Source: Spirochaetota bacterium (GTDB lineage Bacteria; Spirochaetota; UBA4802; UBA5550). From it: DNA of 64,000 nt. Below the pieces are notes generated by a model. That model was not told the origin of the DNA. It saw only the letters and a program-made list of their open reading frames with translations, and did no database searches. Positions 41,002-50,402 of the stretch are shown piece after piece. Every line of letters starts with the position of its first letter. The first letter of the stretch is position 1. Location of the stretch: contig OY760686.1 in NCBI GenBank assembly GCA_963663865.1, positions 416,001 to 480,000 of the forward strand, given 5' to 3'. The translations under genes and the position numbers were made by a program.

Positions 41002-41097
41002 ATGACTTTTAACCTTAAACGATTTATTGTATCAATTCTGGTCTTGGCGGTTTTTCTTATTGCGGTTGTTTTTTCTGAAGATATTCTGTCGTGCTGA
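41002..41097 (+). CDS. 31-aa single-TM small protein (not in ORF track)
   Basis: AGGAG RBS 5 nt before ATG; MTFNLKRFIVSILVLAVFLIAVVFSEDILSC. Confidence 0.6.
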   Translation: MTFNLKRFIVSILVLAVFLIAVVFSEDILSC

Positions 41098-41187
41098 ATT
41101 CTAGAATCATGTCAGAAAAATTCATATCCTGAACCCATTCCCGGGTTCTGCAGCTTGGCCGTTTGTTCTGTCAGTTGAGCCTGCTGT

Positions 41188-41751
41188 CTATCTGATTTCT
41201 GTTATTATCTTCACTTCTCTCCAAAACGTTTTTCGCGTTATACGGCCTTTAGTGTAAGACTCTATCAGCGATTTAACCTCCGGAGGAAATACCTGCCAGT
41301 ACTTGTTCTGCCATCCATGGGGCAGGCCCTGGCCGCATGAAGGGGGCTCCCTCCCTTCAAGGTCGGTTATGTAGTGGAGTACCATTGTCTGAAGTACTTC
41401 CGGTGGTAGCTTTGCTGCCGCCCTTGCGTAGCCTGAGCCTGGAACCATCTCGCTTATAAGTGCTTCAAGCTCAGCGTCCGTTATATTCGGCTTATGCTGT
41501 TTTGCCAGCTGAATGACAAGGCTCACTGCGGTCTGCTTGATATTCTCTGTAGTAATACCGAGCTGTTCCTGTATTTTTTGGGCCATCTGCTTTGCCTGCG
41601 GACCGAAGGGGCTGTTTGCGCGAGGCAGGGCTTTCCCCGCGCAAGATTCCCGGCTTTCGAGAAGCGCAAGGAGTTCTCTTCGCTCTTCCGGGGATGCTGT
41701 TTTCAAATATTCACTCAGTATTTTTTCTCTGGTTTGGTCTCTATCCATCAC
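41188..41751 (-). CDS. Hypothetical alpha-helical protein
   Basis: 187-aa ORF with a 4-nt start/stop overlap with radA. Confidence 0.65.
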   Translation of the reverse strand: MMDRDQTREKILSEYLKTASPEERRELLALLESRESCAGKALPRANSPFGPQAKQMAQKIQEQLGITTENIKQTAVSLVIQLAKQHKPNITDAELEALISEMVPGSGYARAAAKLPPEVLQTMVLHYITDLEGREPPSCGQGLPHGWQNKYWQVFPPEVKSLIESYTKGRITRKTFWREVKIITEIR

Positions 41752-43091
41752 TTATCTCCGAAGAGGGCCGATACGGCTTCCCTGAGATTTGATATGCCGA
41801 TAAGGCGTCCTTCGAAGCCGGACAGCTTTGCGTCTTTCATGTTCGCCTCCGGGAGCACGACCGTGTCAAAGCCGGCAGATTTGAATTCAACGACACGTCT
41901 TGGCGCCTGAGATACCGGCCTGATTTCACCGGAAAGCGTAATCTCACCGAAAATGCCTGTTCTTTCAGGGACAGAGCGGTTATATGCGCTCGAAGCGATT
42001 GCTGCCGCTACGGCGAGGTCCGCGGCGGTTTCATTAATTGTAAATCCGCCGGAAAGATTTATAAATACGTCGAATGAGGAGAGCTTCAGGCCGGTGTGCT
42101 TTTCCAGGACGGCATTGAGGAGAATCAGCCTGTTAAGATCAAAGCCGTCCGACATTCTTCGCGGATTGGGAGCTGTGGTGAAATTGACGAGGGACTGGAC
42201 TTCAAAAAGCATGCATCTTGTGCCTTCTATGGCTGCGGAGACTGAGTTGCCAGGCGACGAAATCTCAGAGGGGTTGGTGAAAATCAGGTTGCGGTCGGTT
42301 ACCTCCTGAAGGCCTGACTTCTCCATCCTGAATATTCCTATCTCATTGACGGAGCCGTAGCGGTTTTTAAACGCCCTGAGAATTCGGAAATCCCTGCTGT
42401 AGTCGCCCTCAAAATATAAAACTGTATCCACAAGGTGTTCGAGGACCTTCGGGCCTGCTATCGAGCCGTCCTTGGTAATGTGGCCGATCAGGATTATGGG
42501 AATCCCCGTTTTTTTTGCCGAATCAACAAGCATTGACGCCGATTCCCTTATCTGCCCGACGGATCCGGCCGCTCCGGGAGATGATGCTGTCCGTAAAGTC
42601 TGTATTGAGTCAATGATAACGCACTGGGGTTTCAGAGATTCGATTAGATATGAGATGTCTTCTGTAACACAGTCGACAGAGATGTTGATCTTTTCCGGGT
42701 TGATGCCGAGCCTGTCAGCCCTGTGGCGTATTTGGACCGCGGACTCTTCGCCCGAGATATAGAGCGTGTTGAGAGCTGAAGCTATCTGAAGGGCGATTGT
42801 GGATTTGCCGATGCCCGGTTCACCGCCGATCAGAATGACCGAGCCGGGGACAATGCCGCCGCCGCATGCAAGGTCAAACTCGCCGATCCCGGTTGCCATT
42901 CTTTTCAGTTCGCCGGGTTCAATCTTTGACAGCCTGAACGATTCCGGCTTATGCTTCCCTGAACCTCCGGAGCTTTGAGGTTCAGCTTCGACAATGGTAT
43001 TCCATTCTGCACACTCAGGGCATTGACCTGACCATTTTGCCGTAGTATTTCCGCATGATGTACAGTAAAACTGTTTCTTTTGCTTAGCCAT
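41748..43091 (-). CDS. radA: DNA repair protein RadA/Sms
   Basis: CTSCG...GQCPEC Zn finger, GEPGIGKST, DSIQT, KNRYG, Lon-like C-terminus. Confidence 0.97.
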   Translation of the reverse strand: MAKQKKQFYCTSCGNTTAKWSGQCPECAEWNTIVEAEPQSSGGSGKHKPESFRLSKIEPGELKRMATGIGEFDLACGGGIVPGSVILIGGEPGIGKSTIALQIASALNTLYISGEESAVQIRHRADRLGINPEKINISVDCVTEDISYLIESLKPQCVIIDSIQTLRTASSPGAAGSVGQIRESASMLVDSAKKTGIPIILIGHITKDGSIAGPKVLEHLVDTVLYFEGDYSRDFRILRAFKNRYGSVNEIGIFRMEKSGLQEVTDRNLIFTNPSEISSPGNSVSAAIEGTRCMLFEVQSLVNFTTAPNPRRMSDGFDLNRLILLNAVLEKHTGLKLSSFDVFINLSGGFTINETAADLAVAAAIASSAYNRSVPERTGIFGEITLSGEIRPVSQAPRRVVEFKSAGFDTVVLPEANMKDAKLSGFEGRLIGISNLREAVSALFGDK

Positions 43092-43101
43092 AGAGATAAT
43101 C

Positions 43102-43974
43102 TTATTTCTGTTTAAAAAACAGCTTTGAGGGGTCTTTCTTTAGTTCCTCGAAGAGATATTTTGCGGAGGAAGAGGCATCTTTGATGTTTTCGTATACATC
43201 CTCCTCTACCAGGAGTTTGCCGAGAGAACCGCGTCCCTTTTCAAGGCGGAAAACAATCTTGTTGAGGTTCTGTGAAAGTTCAGACAGGTTTTTTAGAGTG
43301 ATGGTTACTTCCTCTTTGTTCTTTTCAGAGATGTAGGCCATGTTTGCAGTCAGCCTGTTCAGCTGGTCAGTGAGCACAAGCGTCCTTTCCGCGAGAGTGC
43401 TGAACATTCCCTTCGCCGAGAGAACAGACTGCCTTATGTCATACCGGTTCTCCTGAGCAATGCCGTTAAGGTTCTCCATGAACTTTTTGGAGTTCTGGAA
43501 AATCTGCGCAAGCATCTCTCCGCCGCTTTCATCCTGCATGAAGCTCTGAAAGACAAGCATCATCTGGTCGAAGCTTGCCGGGTCAATGGCGTAAACAATA
43601 TCGCCGTCAGAGTAAAACTCTGTCACTGTCGCGGAAGGAGGAATGAAGACGTTGATGTACTTCTCGCCGATGAGTCCGGTGGTAAATATCGCGAATCGTG
43701 CAGTTTTTAGAAGTGTGTACTTCCGGTCAATCCAGACAGTCACCTCGGTTTTTTCCGCAGACTGCTTGATTTCAGCGACGTGGCCGATGGTAACCCCGCC
43801 GGCAATTTTTACAGGCGCGTTAACCGAAAGACCGTTAAGAAATCCGAAATAAAGTCTGAGATTATATCCTGACTGGGAGACATTGAACCTTGCAAGCATG
43901 GCAACGAGCGCGACGAAAATTGTGAAACAGGCGGTTACCATAAGCCCGACTTTAGCTTCAGTGTTGATCTTCAT
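43102..43974 (-). CDS. MlaD/MCE-domain protein with helical C-terminus
   Basis: EAKVG TM anchor, GLSVNAPVKIAGGV.IG.V, GLIGEKYINV, GRGSLGKLL. Confidence 0.88.
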   Translation of the reverse strand: MKINTEAKVGLMVTACFTIFVALVAMLARFNVSQSGYNLRLYFGFLNGLSVNAPVKIAGGVTIGHVAEIKQSAEKTEVTVWIDRKYTLLKTARFAIFTTGLIGEKYINVFIPPSATVTEFYSDGDIVYAIDPASFDQMMLVFQSFMQDESGGEMLAQIFQNSKKFMENLNGIAQENRYDIRQSVLSAKGMFSTLAERTLVLTDQLNRLTANMAYISEKNKEEVTITLKNLSELSQNLNKIVFRLEKGRGSLGKLLVEEDVYENIKDASSSAKYLFEELKKDPSKLFFKQK

Positions 43975-43992
43975 AAGGATAATCCTTCTGAA

Positions 43993-44169
43993 TTATTGCA
44001 GGCGCTTCAGAAGAAAATTAATCTCCTCTTCATTGCCTGATTTCTGCATGAGCAGAGAACGTCTCACTCTTTCGACTGAAGACTGTATTTGTTCTACAGT
44101 GCTACTGTTTCCGTCTTTTTGAGTTTTTTCGCAATAATTCTTGTTTATGTTGTCTTTGAGTGTATCCAT
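43993..44169 (-). CDS. 58-aa small hypothetical protein (not in ORF track)
   Basis: MDTLKDNINKNYCEKTQKDGNSSTVEQIQSSVERVRRSLLMQKSGNEEEINFLLKRLQ; GGGA before ATG; stops 18 nt before the MCE gene start. Confidence 0.55.
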   Translation of the reverse strand: MDTLKDNINKNYCEKTQKDGNSSTVEQIQSSVERVRRSLLMQKSGNEEEINFLLKRLQ

Positions 44170-44446
44170 TTTTATCCCGGCGAATAGTGTTGAGGCGTTT
44201 TTTCAGGGCCGCCGCAGACTGCGGTTAATCGGCAGAATAGGTTGACAGATTACTGAAAAAACAGTATCGACAAATATCATTATTCGGAAAACCTGTAAAG
44301 CCGAAAACGCCATGAAGCGGGCTTATTTAGTAAAAATGACCGTACTTGAGGCCGCAGGGGTCATTCGCAGGGGAATTTTGTATAAACATAGCGATATCCA
44401 CCCGGTCAGGCGGGATATTTCCTTTTTTATTCTTTGGGGGTTTACA

Positions 44447-45031
44447 ATGATTGGCAAGCTAAGAGGCAGGGTCGATGATCTCAAGCCAACAGGTCTAATC
44501 GTTGATGCTGGCGGTGTTGGATATTCGGTTTCAATACCCTTTTCAACGTATGAAGCTATTTCGGGAAACGCGGAGGTGTCGCTTTATATTTATACAATTC
44601 ATAAAGAAGATCAGTTCAAGCTGTACGGATTTCATGAGGAGCGCGGGCGGGAGCTGTTCTCCTTGCTTCTCGGGGTAAGCGGTGTGGGGCCGTCCATGGC
44701 TTTAGCGCTGCTTTCAAAGATGAGTCCGGAAGAGCTTGCAGATGTGGTAAAAAACGATGATTCATCGCATTTGATGAAAGTTCCCGGTATCGGGAAGTCA
44801 AAGGCGGAAAAGCTTATTTTTGAGCTTAAGCGAAAGCTTAAAAAACTTGCAGAGCTGGCGCCCGGAGCAGAAAGCAGCATCGGGCGATCTTCATCGTCCG
44901 ATGCCGTTGAAGCTCTGATGTCACTCGGTTTCGATGAGAAGAAGTCAACGTCTATTGTTAACGAAATCAGGTCTGAAGCCCCTGAGTCTTCTCTTGAAGA
45001 TATAATAAAGGGAGCGCTCCGGCGGCTGTGA
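44447..45031 (+). CDS. ruvA: Holliday junction branch migration protein RuvA
   Basis: MIGKLRG, GGVGY, LYGF, VSGVGP, VPGIGKSKAEKLIFELK, ALMSLGF; start ATG 44447. Confidence 0.96.
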   Translation: MIGKLRGRVDDLKPTGLIVDAGGVGYSVSIPFSTYEAISGNAEVSLYIYTIHKEDQFKLYGFHEERGRELFSLLLGVSGVGPSMALALLSKMSPEELADVVKNDDSSHLMKVPGIGKSKAEKLIFELKRKLKKLAELAPGAESSIGRSSSSDAVEALMSLGFDEKKSTSIVNEIRSEAPESSLEDIIKGALRRL

Positions 45032-45061
45032 TTCAAAGGGGAGAATAATGCTCAAGTCATA

Positions 45062-45088
45062 AAAAGGCCCCGGAATCCGGGGCCTTTT
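45062..45088. terminator. Bidirectional Rho-independent terminator between ruvA and pyk
   Basis: AAAAGGCCCCGG-AAT-CCGGGGCCTTTT between convergent genes. Confidence 0.85.
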
Positions 45089-45111
45089 GAGTTACGTGAT
45101 AATATCTTTGC

Positions 45112-46881
45112 TTATTTTCTCGGCATTACCGCTTTTGTGCCGCTGAAAACGAGGCCCATGTTTCCATTTACTGTGACAATTGTGCCGCTTTTGAGAATTT
45201 CAGTAGCGTCAATTGCTCCGACAAGCACTGGAATTTCAAGGGCTTTAGCTACAATGGCTTCAGGAGAATCCTCTGAATCGTTTTCTGTTACGATCGCGGA
45301 GGCGTGTTTGATTGCCTGAAGTATCTCTTCGCTGCTGTTTCTCATTACGATGATGTCACCGCTGTTGAAGTTTTTCAGCATTCCGTCCTTTGAGTCAACA
45401 ACGCAGAGATTGCCTGTTGCGACGTGTTTGTTAAGGCTCTTCGCCTCAAGCAGAACATCGCCAACAATATGGACTTTAAGTGTGTTTGTGGTTCCGCTGA
45501 TGCCTGCAGGCATTCCACCGGTTATAACAATCAGGTCGCCGTTTTTGATCTGACCGGTGTTTGTCGCGATATCTATCGCCTGCTCGAAGATTTCATCGGT
45601 TGTTTCTTTCATGTCGCTGAGCACGGGCTTGACTCCCCAGATAAGGGCGAGCTGCCTGTAGACTTTCTTTGAAACGGTTGTTCCAATTACCTGGCATGCC
45701 GGTCTGTATTTCGCGACCATCCTTGCTGAGTGGCCTGACTTCGTGACCGAGATGATCGCAGAGGCGTTGAGGTTGTGAGCCGTTTCACATGTAGCGTGAC
45801 AGATGGCGTTTGTAACATTTTTGTTGATGGGGGAGTTCATCGTCTTGAGGCGTTTTTTATAATCTATGTTTTTCTCGGTTTCTATCGCGATCTTAGACAT
45901 AGCCTTAACTGCTTCTATCGGATATTTACCGACTGAAGTCTCGCCTGAAAGCATAATCGCGCTCGTGTTGTCGTAGATAGCGTTTGCGATGTCAGTAATC
46001 TCCGCTCTTGTCGGACGCGGGTTGCGTATCATTGAGTCGAGCATCTGAGTCGCAGTGATAGCCGGTTTTCCCGCGATGTAACATTTATGCAGAATGCTTT
46101 TCTGGACAGCAGGAAGCTCTTCGAAGGGGATCTCGACACCCATGTCTCCACGGGCAACCATGATTCCGTTTGACACCTGGATTATTTCATCAATGTTTTC
46201 GACGCCTTCACGGTTTTCTATTTTTGCTATGATTTTTGTTTCGAGCCCGCCGTTTTCAGCGAGAACCTTACGAAGTTCTTTTATGTCTGCGGCTGTCCTT
46301 ACGAAGGAGGCGGCAATGTAGTCAATGTCGTGTTTTATTCCGAAAATGATGTCGCTGCGGTCTTTTTCGCTGACGAAGGGAAGCTTTACTTTAACGCCGG
46401 GAACGTTGACGCCTTTATTGTTGCTGATTGCTCCTCCGTTGGTGACTTCGCATTCTACGTCTGTGTCTGAAACAGAGAGAACGGTGAGACCTATCAGGCC
46501 GTCATCAAGAAGAATGGCGTCGCCTTTTTTAACATCGCCGGGGAGGCCGTCATAGGTTACGGCAACACATGTCTCATCACCCATAATGTCCCGCGTCGTG
46601 AGTGTGAATTTCTGGTCCTGCTTCAGCTCAACCTTTTCGTTTTTAAATTGTTTGACCCTTATCTCCGGTCCCTTCGTGTCAAGAAGAATGGCGACAGGAA
46701 GCCCAAGCTCCTTTCTCAACTTTTTAACCATTTCCATGCGGCCGAGATGTTCCTGGTGTGAACCGTGAGAAAAATTGCACCTGACCACGTTCATACCATT
46801 TATCATTAGCTGCCTTAAAACACCGTCCTTGTCCGTTGCAGGCCCGAGTGTGCACACTATCTTGGTTTTTCTTACGCTCAT
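45112..46881 (-). CDS. pyk: Pyruvate kinase with C-terminal PEP-utiliser swivel domain
   Basis: RKTKIVCTLGPA, NFSHG, DTKGPEIR, AKIEN, MVARGDMGVE, ATQMLDSM, MLSGET. Confidence 0.98.
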   Translation of the reverse strand: MSVRKTKIVCTLGPATDKDGVLRQLMINGMNVVRCNFSHGSHQEHLGRMEMVKKLRKELGLPVAILLDTKGPEIRVKQFKNEKVELKQDQKFTLTTRDIMGDETCVAVTYDGLPGDVKKGDAILLDDGLIGLTVLSVSDTDVECEVTNGGAISNNKGVNVPGVKVKLPFVSEKDRSDIIFGIKHDIDYIAASFVRTAADIKELRKVLAENGGLETKIIAKIENREGVENIDEIIQVSNGIMVARGDMGVEIPFEELPAVQKSILHKCYIAGKPAITATQMLDSMIRNPRPTRAEITDIANAIYDNTSAIMLSGETSVGKYPIEAVKAMSKIAIETEKNIDYKKRLKTMNSPINKNVTNAICHATCETAHNLNASAIISVTKSGHSARMVAKYRPACQVIGTTVSKKVYRQLALIWGVKPVLSDMKETTDEIFEQAIDIATNTGQIKNGDLIVITGGMPAGISGTTNTLKVHIVGDVLLEAKSLNKHVATGNLCVVDSKDGMLKNFNSGDIIVMRNSSEEILQAIKHASAIVTENDSEDSPEAIVAKALEIPVLVGAIDATEILKSGTIVTVNGNMGLVFSGTKAVMPRK

Positions 46882-47109
46882 GACGACTCCTTAGTTTATT
46901 TATTTCTCAATTTCCTGGGATGATAGTCCCTAAATGAATATCCGATTATCAGCCCATTTCCAGGACCGTAAAAGTTCAAGAACCAGAACAAAACAGCCAT
47001 TTTCCGGCAGGCCAGCAAGACGGCCCTACTCAGAGTGAAAGAGAAAAAAAGGGGCCTATTTTGTCAATCAAAACCCGTAAAAATCTTTAAAAGAGCCTCT
47101 GATTTTATA

Positions 47110-48933
47110 TTATCTTAACCCGCTTACATTCAGACTATTGTCAAATGTTACGGCTATAGTGTAAGTTATCTCCTTTTTCTCTCCCGGTTTTAGATTGAGC
47201 CTCCACTTTCGCACTCCCTGTTGATACTCTGTTGTTTTCTCTGTCAGGGTGTCCTTTATGAAAGGCAGTGACATGCCAGTGATTTCAACAGCTATTTTCT
47301 CGTTTCGGCTTACCGGCACTGAACTGTTGACCAGAACCGTTTCAGCTGACGGCATTTTGTTTTCAATGGTTATTTTGTAGCTGTAGTTGATTCTTCTGTT
47401 GCCTCCGAAAACACCTGAACTGTCCTCAAATTTCTTAACAAGCTCCTGCGTCCCCTTAATCCTGTTTTCAATACCGAGGATGAGCTTTTCTGAAGACATA
47501 ATCGGAGTGAATGGGAGCGCAGCCTTTCCCATGAATTCGTTGTCCAGAAAAATCTGCGCGTCGCCGGAAAGCCACGGAAGCGTTGTGCTGTTCAGAGCTT
47601 CAGTTTTAAGGTAGGCTGAATCAGAGAATAAAGGATAAAGCTCGTAATAGAAATCCGGGCCTTCCTTTCCTCCGAGAGCGTATTCCGCGATCAGCTTTTT
47701 CTGCGACTTTGACGAAGACTCAACTGTCTGTTCGACCGGGAACTGAATTTCCACGTTCGGCCCCTTTTCAGAAATTACGCTTTCAGGAAGAGCTTCCTTT
47801 TCCATCTCCTCGACTGCTGGAGGAGCGCCTGCCGCCATGGCCTCGTCCATATCCGCCTTTTTTGACCTCATATAGAGAGAACTGCTTCTGGAGGGCGTAT
47901 ACACGTCAAGATACCATGGAGAGATTGACGGGGCGGCGATTGAGTTTACCGGCATTCCGGTTGAAAGGTGAAGCCTTATATTCTGCCAGTCTTCGCCCGT
48001 ATTCTGGTAGATGTCGGAGTACACGGAGACAGAGAGCTTCCTGGAGGCTATACCGGCCCTGATGTCGTAGAGCATCTTCCAGGATGTACCCGGTATTATA
48101 TAGCTCAAAGTGATCTCAGTTTCCCTGTCGGCAGAGGAGTAAATGGATATAACGAGCTGTTTTTCCACGTCGACCGGGGTGTCAGGCGATTCAAGCAGGC
48201 GTGATTTAAGAGCGTATTTATCAACGATGGAATTAAAGCTTTGAACCGACATCGCAGCCTTGTTTTGAATGGCGGCCTGGCTGATCAGGTTGTAGCTGCT
48301 GAAGTATCGGTCTCCGGCAATCTGTGAGAGCTCAAATTCCCACTTTTGAATCTCCTTGCCGATCTGTTCTCTTGCCTTTTCGGTCTGCCTTCTTTTGGAG
48401 AGAAGGTCTCTGTACTTTTTATGCGACCAGGAGGAGGTGTTTTCCCAGTTCTTTACCGGTGCGGTTCCTCCTGTGAGTTCACGGGCAATAGCCGTGCTGT
48501 TGAAATCATTAACAGACTGGAGAAATTTCTCCTGGGCGGTAATAGCTTTGAGGTCGTCAAGAAGAGCAGAGTCCTTGTCGCGAAGAGCCGTAAGCCTGTC
48601 CTCTATATCGGTAATTGCTGCTCTTCTCTTAGTAAGAAGGGCTTTCTGTTCGACTTCAATTGAAAGAAGCCGCGCGCTGCGTTTGTCTGAAACAGCGCCC
48701 CTGACTGACCAGTCGTAAAGGAGCCGCGGGAGGCCTTTTACTACCACAGTGTTTGTTCCCTTTTGCAGGCGAACAGAGGCATTCCTTGTTATCTCTGCCT
48801 GGTTTCTGTAAAGCTTGACCGAGCTTATCGTGCTGAGTGTGTCAGTTTTTTGTTGAGAATGCCCATCAGCCGGGAATGTTGCAATGAGAGCAGCAAACAC
48901 AAACGCAGAATAAAAAGCACTTTTTTTCATCAT
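47110..48933 (-). CDS. Exported DUF4140/DUF4139 (MuiA-like) protein
   Basis: Signal peptide; ISSVKLY..QAEITR, coiled coil, SW...YD.R, QNTGEDW.NI.L.LST, W.LNLKPGEK. Confidence 0.85.
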   Translation of the reverse strand: MMKKSAFYSAFVFAALIATFPADGHSQQKTDTLSTISSVKLYRNQAEITRNASVRLQKGTNTVVVKGLPRLLYDWSVRGAVSDKRSARLLSIEVEQKALLTKRRAAITDIEDRLTALRDKDSALLDDLKAITAQEKFLQSVNDFNSTAIARELTGGTAPVKNWENTSSWSHKKYRDLLSKRRQTEKAREQIGKEIQKWEFELSQIAGDRYFSSYNLISQAAIQNKAAMSVQSFNSIVDKYALKSRLLESPDTPVDVEKQLVISIYSSADRETEITLSYIIPGTSWKMLYDIRAGIASRKLSVSVYSDIYQNTGEDWQNIRLHLSTGMPVNSIAAPSISPWYLDVYTPSRSSSLYMRSKKADMDEAMAAGAPPAVEEMEKEALPESVISEKGPNVEIQFPVEQTVESSSKSQKKLIAEYALGGKEGPDFYYELYPLFSDSAYLKTEALNSTTLPWLSGDAQIFLDNEFMGKAALPFTPIMSSEKLILGIENRIKGTQELVKKFEDSSGVFGGNRRINYSYKITIENKMPSAETVLVNSSVPVSRNEKIAVEITGMSLPFIKDTLTEKTTEYQQGVRKWRLNLKPGEKKEITYTIAVTFDNSLNVSGLR

Positions 48934-48976
48934 TTAGCCTTCTTCTAAATCTTTTTCAGTACAAACAGTTGGAAAC

Positions 48977-49993
48977 CTATTTTGCGAGTTTTATAGCACC
49001 TGTGTCAATTTTTTTCAAGACAATTTCTGACACTTTTTTCGTGTTTCCAGAGCCTGTTCCGCGCTGTGTAAATGATACGAGTATGAGGGCAGAGGGTATG
49101 GAAGGAACTTTGAACGTTATTATGTTCCACCCATGCGTTTTGTATCTGTTCCCCAGAATTGTAGCTGTTCCTGTCTTTCCGCCTAATATTTTGACCGAAG
49201 CAAGCCCGGTTCCTATTCCCGTTAATGTGCCTCTTTCAACTGTTTCAGCAAGGAAGCCTCTGATCAGGGAGAGGGTTGTCATACTGAAGGGCGCTGCTTT
49301 TAAGCTTATTCTGGTACATGGCGGGCTGAAGGGCAGTGGAATGCTTCCGCCGTTGTAGAAGGCTGCGTATCTTGCCGCCGCTTCAGCAGGGGTTGTTTGA
49401 ATAAGCCCGCCTTCGCCGATAGCTGACGCGGCAAGCATGAGCTGTGTAGGCTTTTCTGCCGGCTCCGGCGCGGATGGGCTGAGGCTCCATCCGGCGCACA
49501 ATTTAGCATATAATTCACCGGGAGAGCGGGTTGAGCAGCGTAGAAAGAAAACATTGCATGATTTGACTATTGCGTCTCTAAGGTCAGTATTGCCGTGACC
49601 CTGCGCAACCGGACATTTAAAATATTTCTTCCCTGACGGGTCTGCTGGAAGGTTAAAGAGCCTGCTGTCGGCAGGCAAAAAGTCTTTTTCAGAGGGGGGA
49701 TAAAACTTTCCGGAGCACTCTATCGTGGAATCCGGAACGAACGTTCCTCTGTTTTCAAGAAAAACAGCGGCAGCCCAGGGTTTTGCGATTGATCCCGGAG
49801 GGTAAATGCCTGATAATAGTGATGTTCTTCCGCCCCTGTACAGTATTTCTCCGGTTGATGAGTCCATAATCAGGCAGGCGGAAGATTCGCCAGGTACCGG
49901 CTGAAGAAATAACAGCCCTCTTTCTCCCTGAACCGAAGAAAGCAACCCGGTAAGAATAATTATCAAAGCGGCAATGGATTGTTTGAGTTTCAT
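48977..49993 (-). CDS. Stand-alone penicillin-binding transpeptidase-domain protein
   Basis: PPGSIAKP (SxxK), SCN (SxN), GKTGTA (KTG); signal peptide; no dimerisation/pedestal domain. Confidence 0.85.
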   Translation of the reverse strand: MKLKQSIAALIIILTGLLSSVQGERGLLFLQPVPGESSACLIMDSSTGEILYRGGRTSLLSGIYPPGSIAKPWAAAVFLENRGTFVPDSTIECSGKFYPPSEKDFLPADSRLFNLPADPSGKKYFKCPVAQGHGNTDLRDAIVKSCNVFFLRCSTRSPGELYAKLCAGWSLSPSAPEPAEKPTQLMLAASAIGEGGLIQTTPAEAAARYAAFYNGGSIPLPFSPPCTRISLKAAPFSMTTLSLIRGFLAETVERGTLTGIGTGLASVKILGGKTGTATILGNRYKTHGWNIITFKVPSIPSALILVSFTQRGTGSGNTKKVSEIVLKKIDTGAIKLAK

Positions 49994-50402
49994 ATATAAT
50001 ATGTATTATAAATATTAGAGTTAATGTTTTGAAGGCCTTTTTTTTATAGGACAAATTTTCAATTAGAGATGAATTATTCGGTCTAATAGCTGAAAGTAAA
50101 TCTTATCCGGTTATATTGTTATTTGCAATAATAAAAAATTATTGCATTAATCCAGTTTATTTTTATGTTTGAATTAATTATGATAATAGGTTACATTAGC
50201 AGGTCTATATAGAGTTTAATGTCTGATTTAAGGCGGCTTTGCAGCGGACAGTATTCCTGTCCAAAATGCGCAAAAACTGATAAATCAGAAATTTACAGGA
50301 CTATATTTTAAGCATTGTTATAATTATAGTGAGAAAATTTAAACCGGATACCTTCTGGTTGTAAATTTATAGAAAACAATTAAATAATTTTAGGAGGAGA
50401 TA

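Noticed and set aside
41095-41190. Selenocysteine read-through of TGC-TGA in the 31-aa ORF
   Set aside because: No convincing SECIS hairpin after the TGA, and the extension looks random
44334-44431. Two weak hairpins plus a T run upstream of ruvA as a leader RNA or SOS element
   Set aside because: Short imperfect stems; no recognisable RNA family or LexA box
50222-50289. c-di-GMP-I riboswitch (GCAAAGCC on the minus strand)
   Set aside because: Lacks the GGCAAACC / GNRA tetraloop / GGGACGCAAAGC arrangement; kept only as an unassigned hairpin
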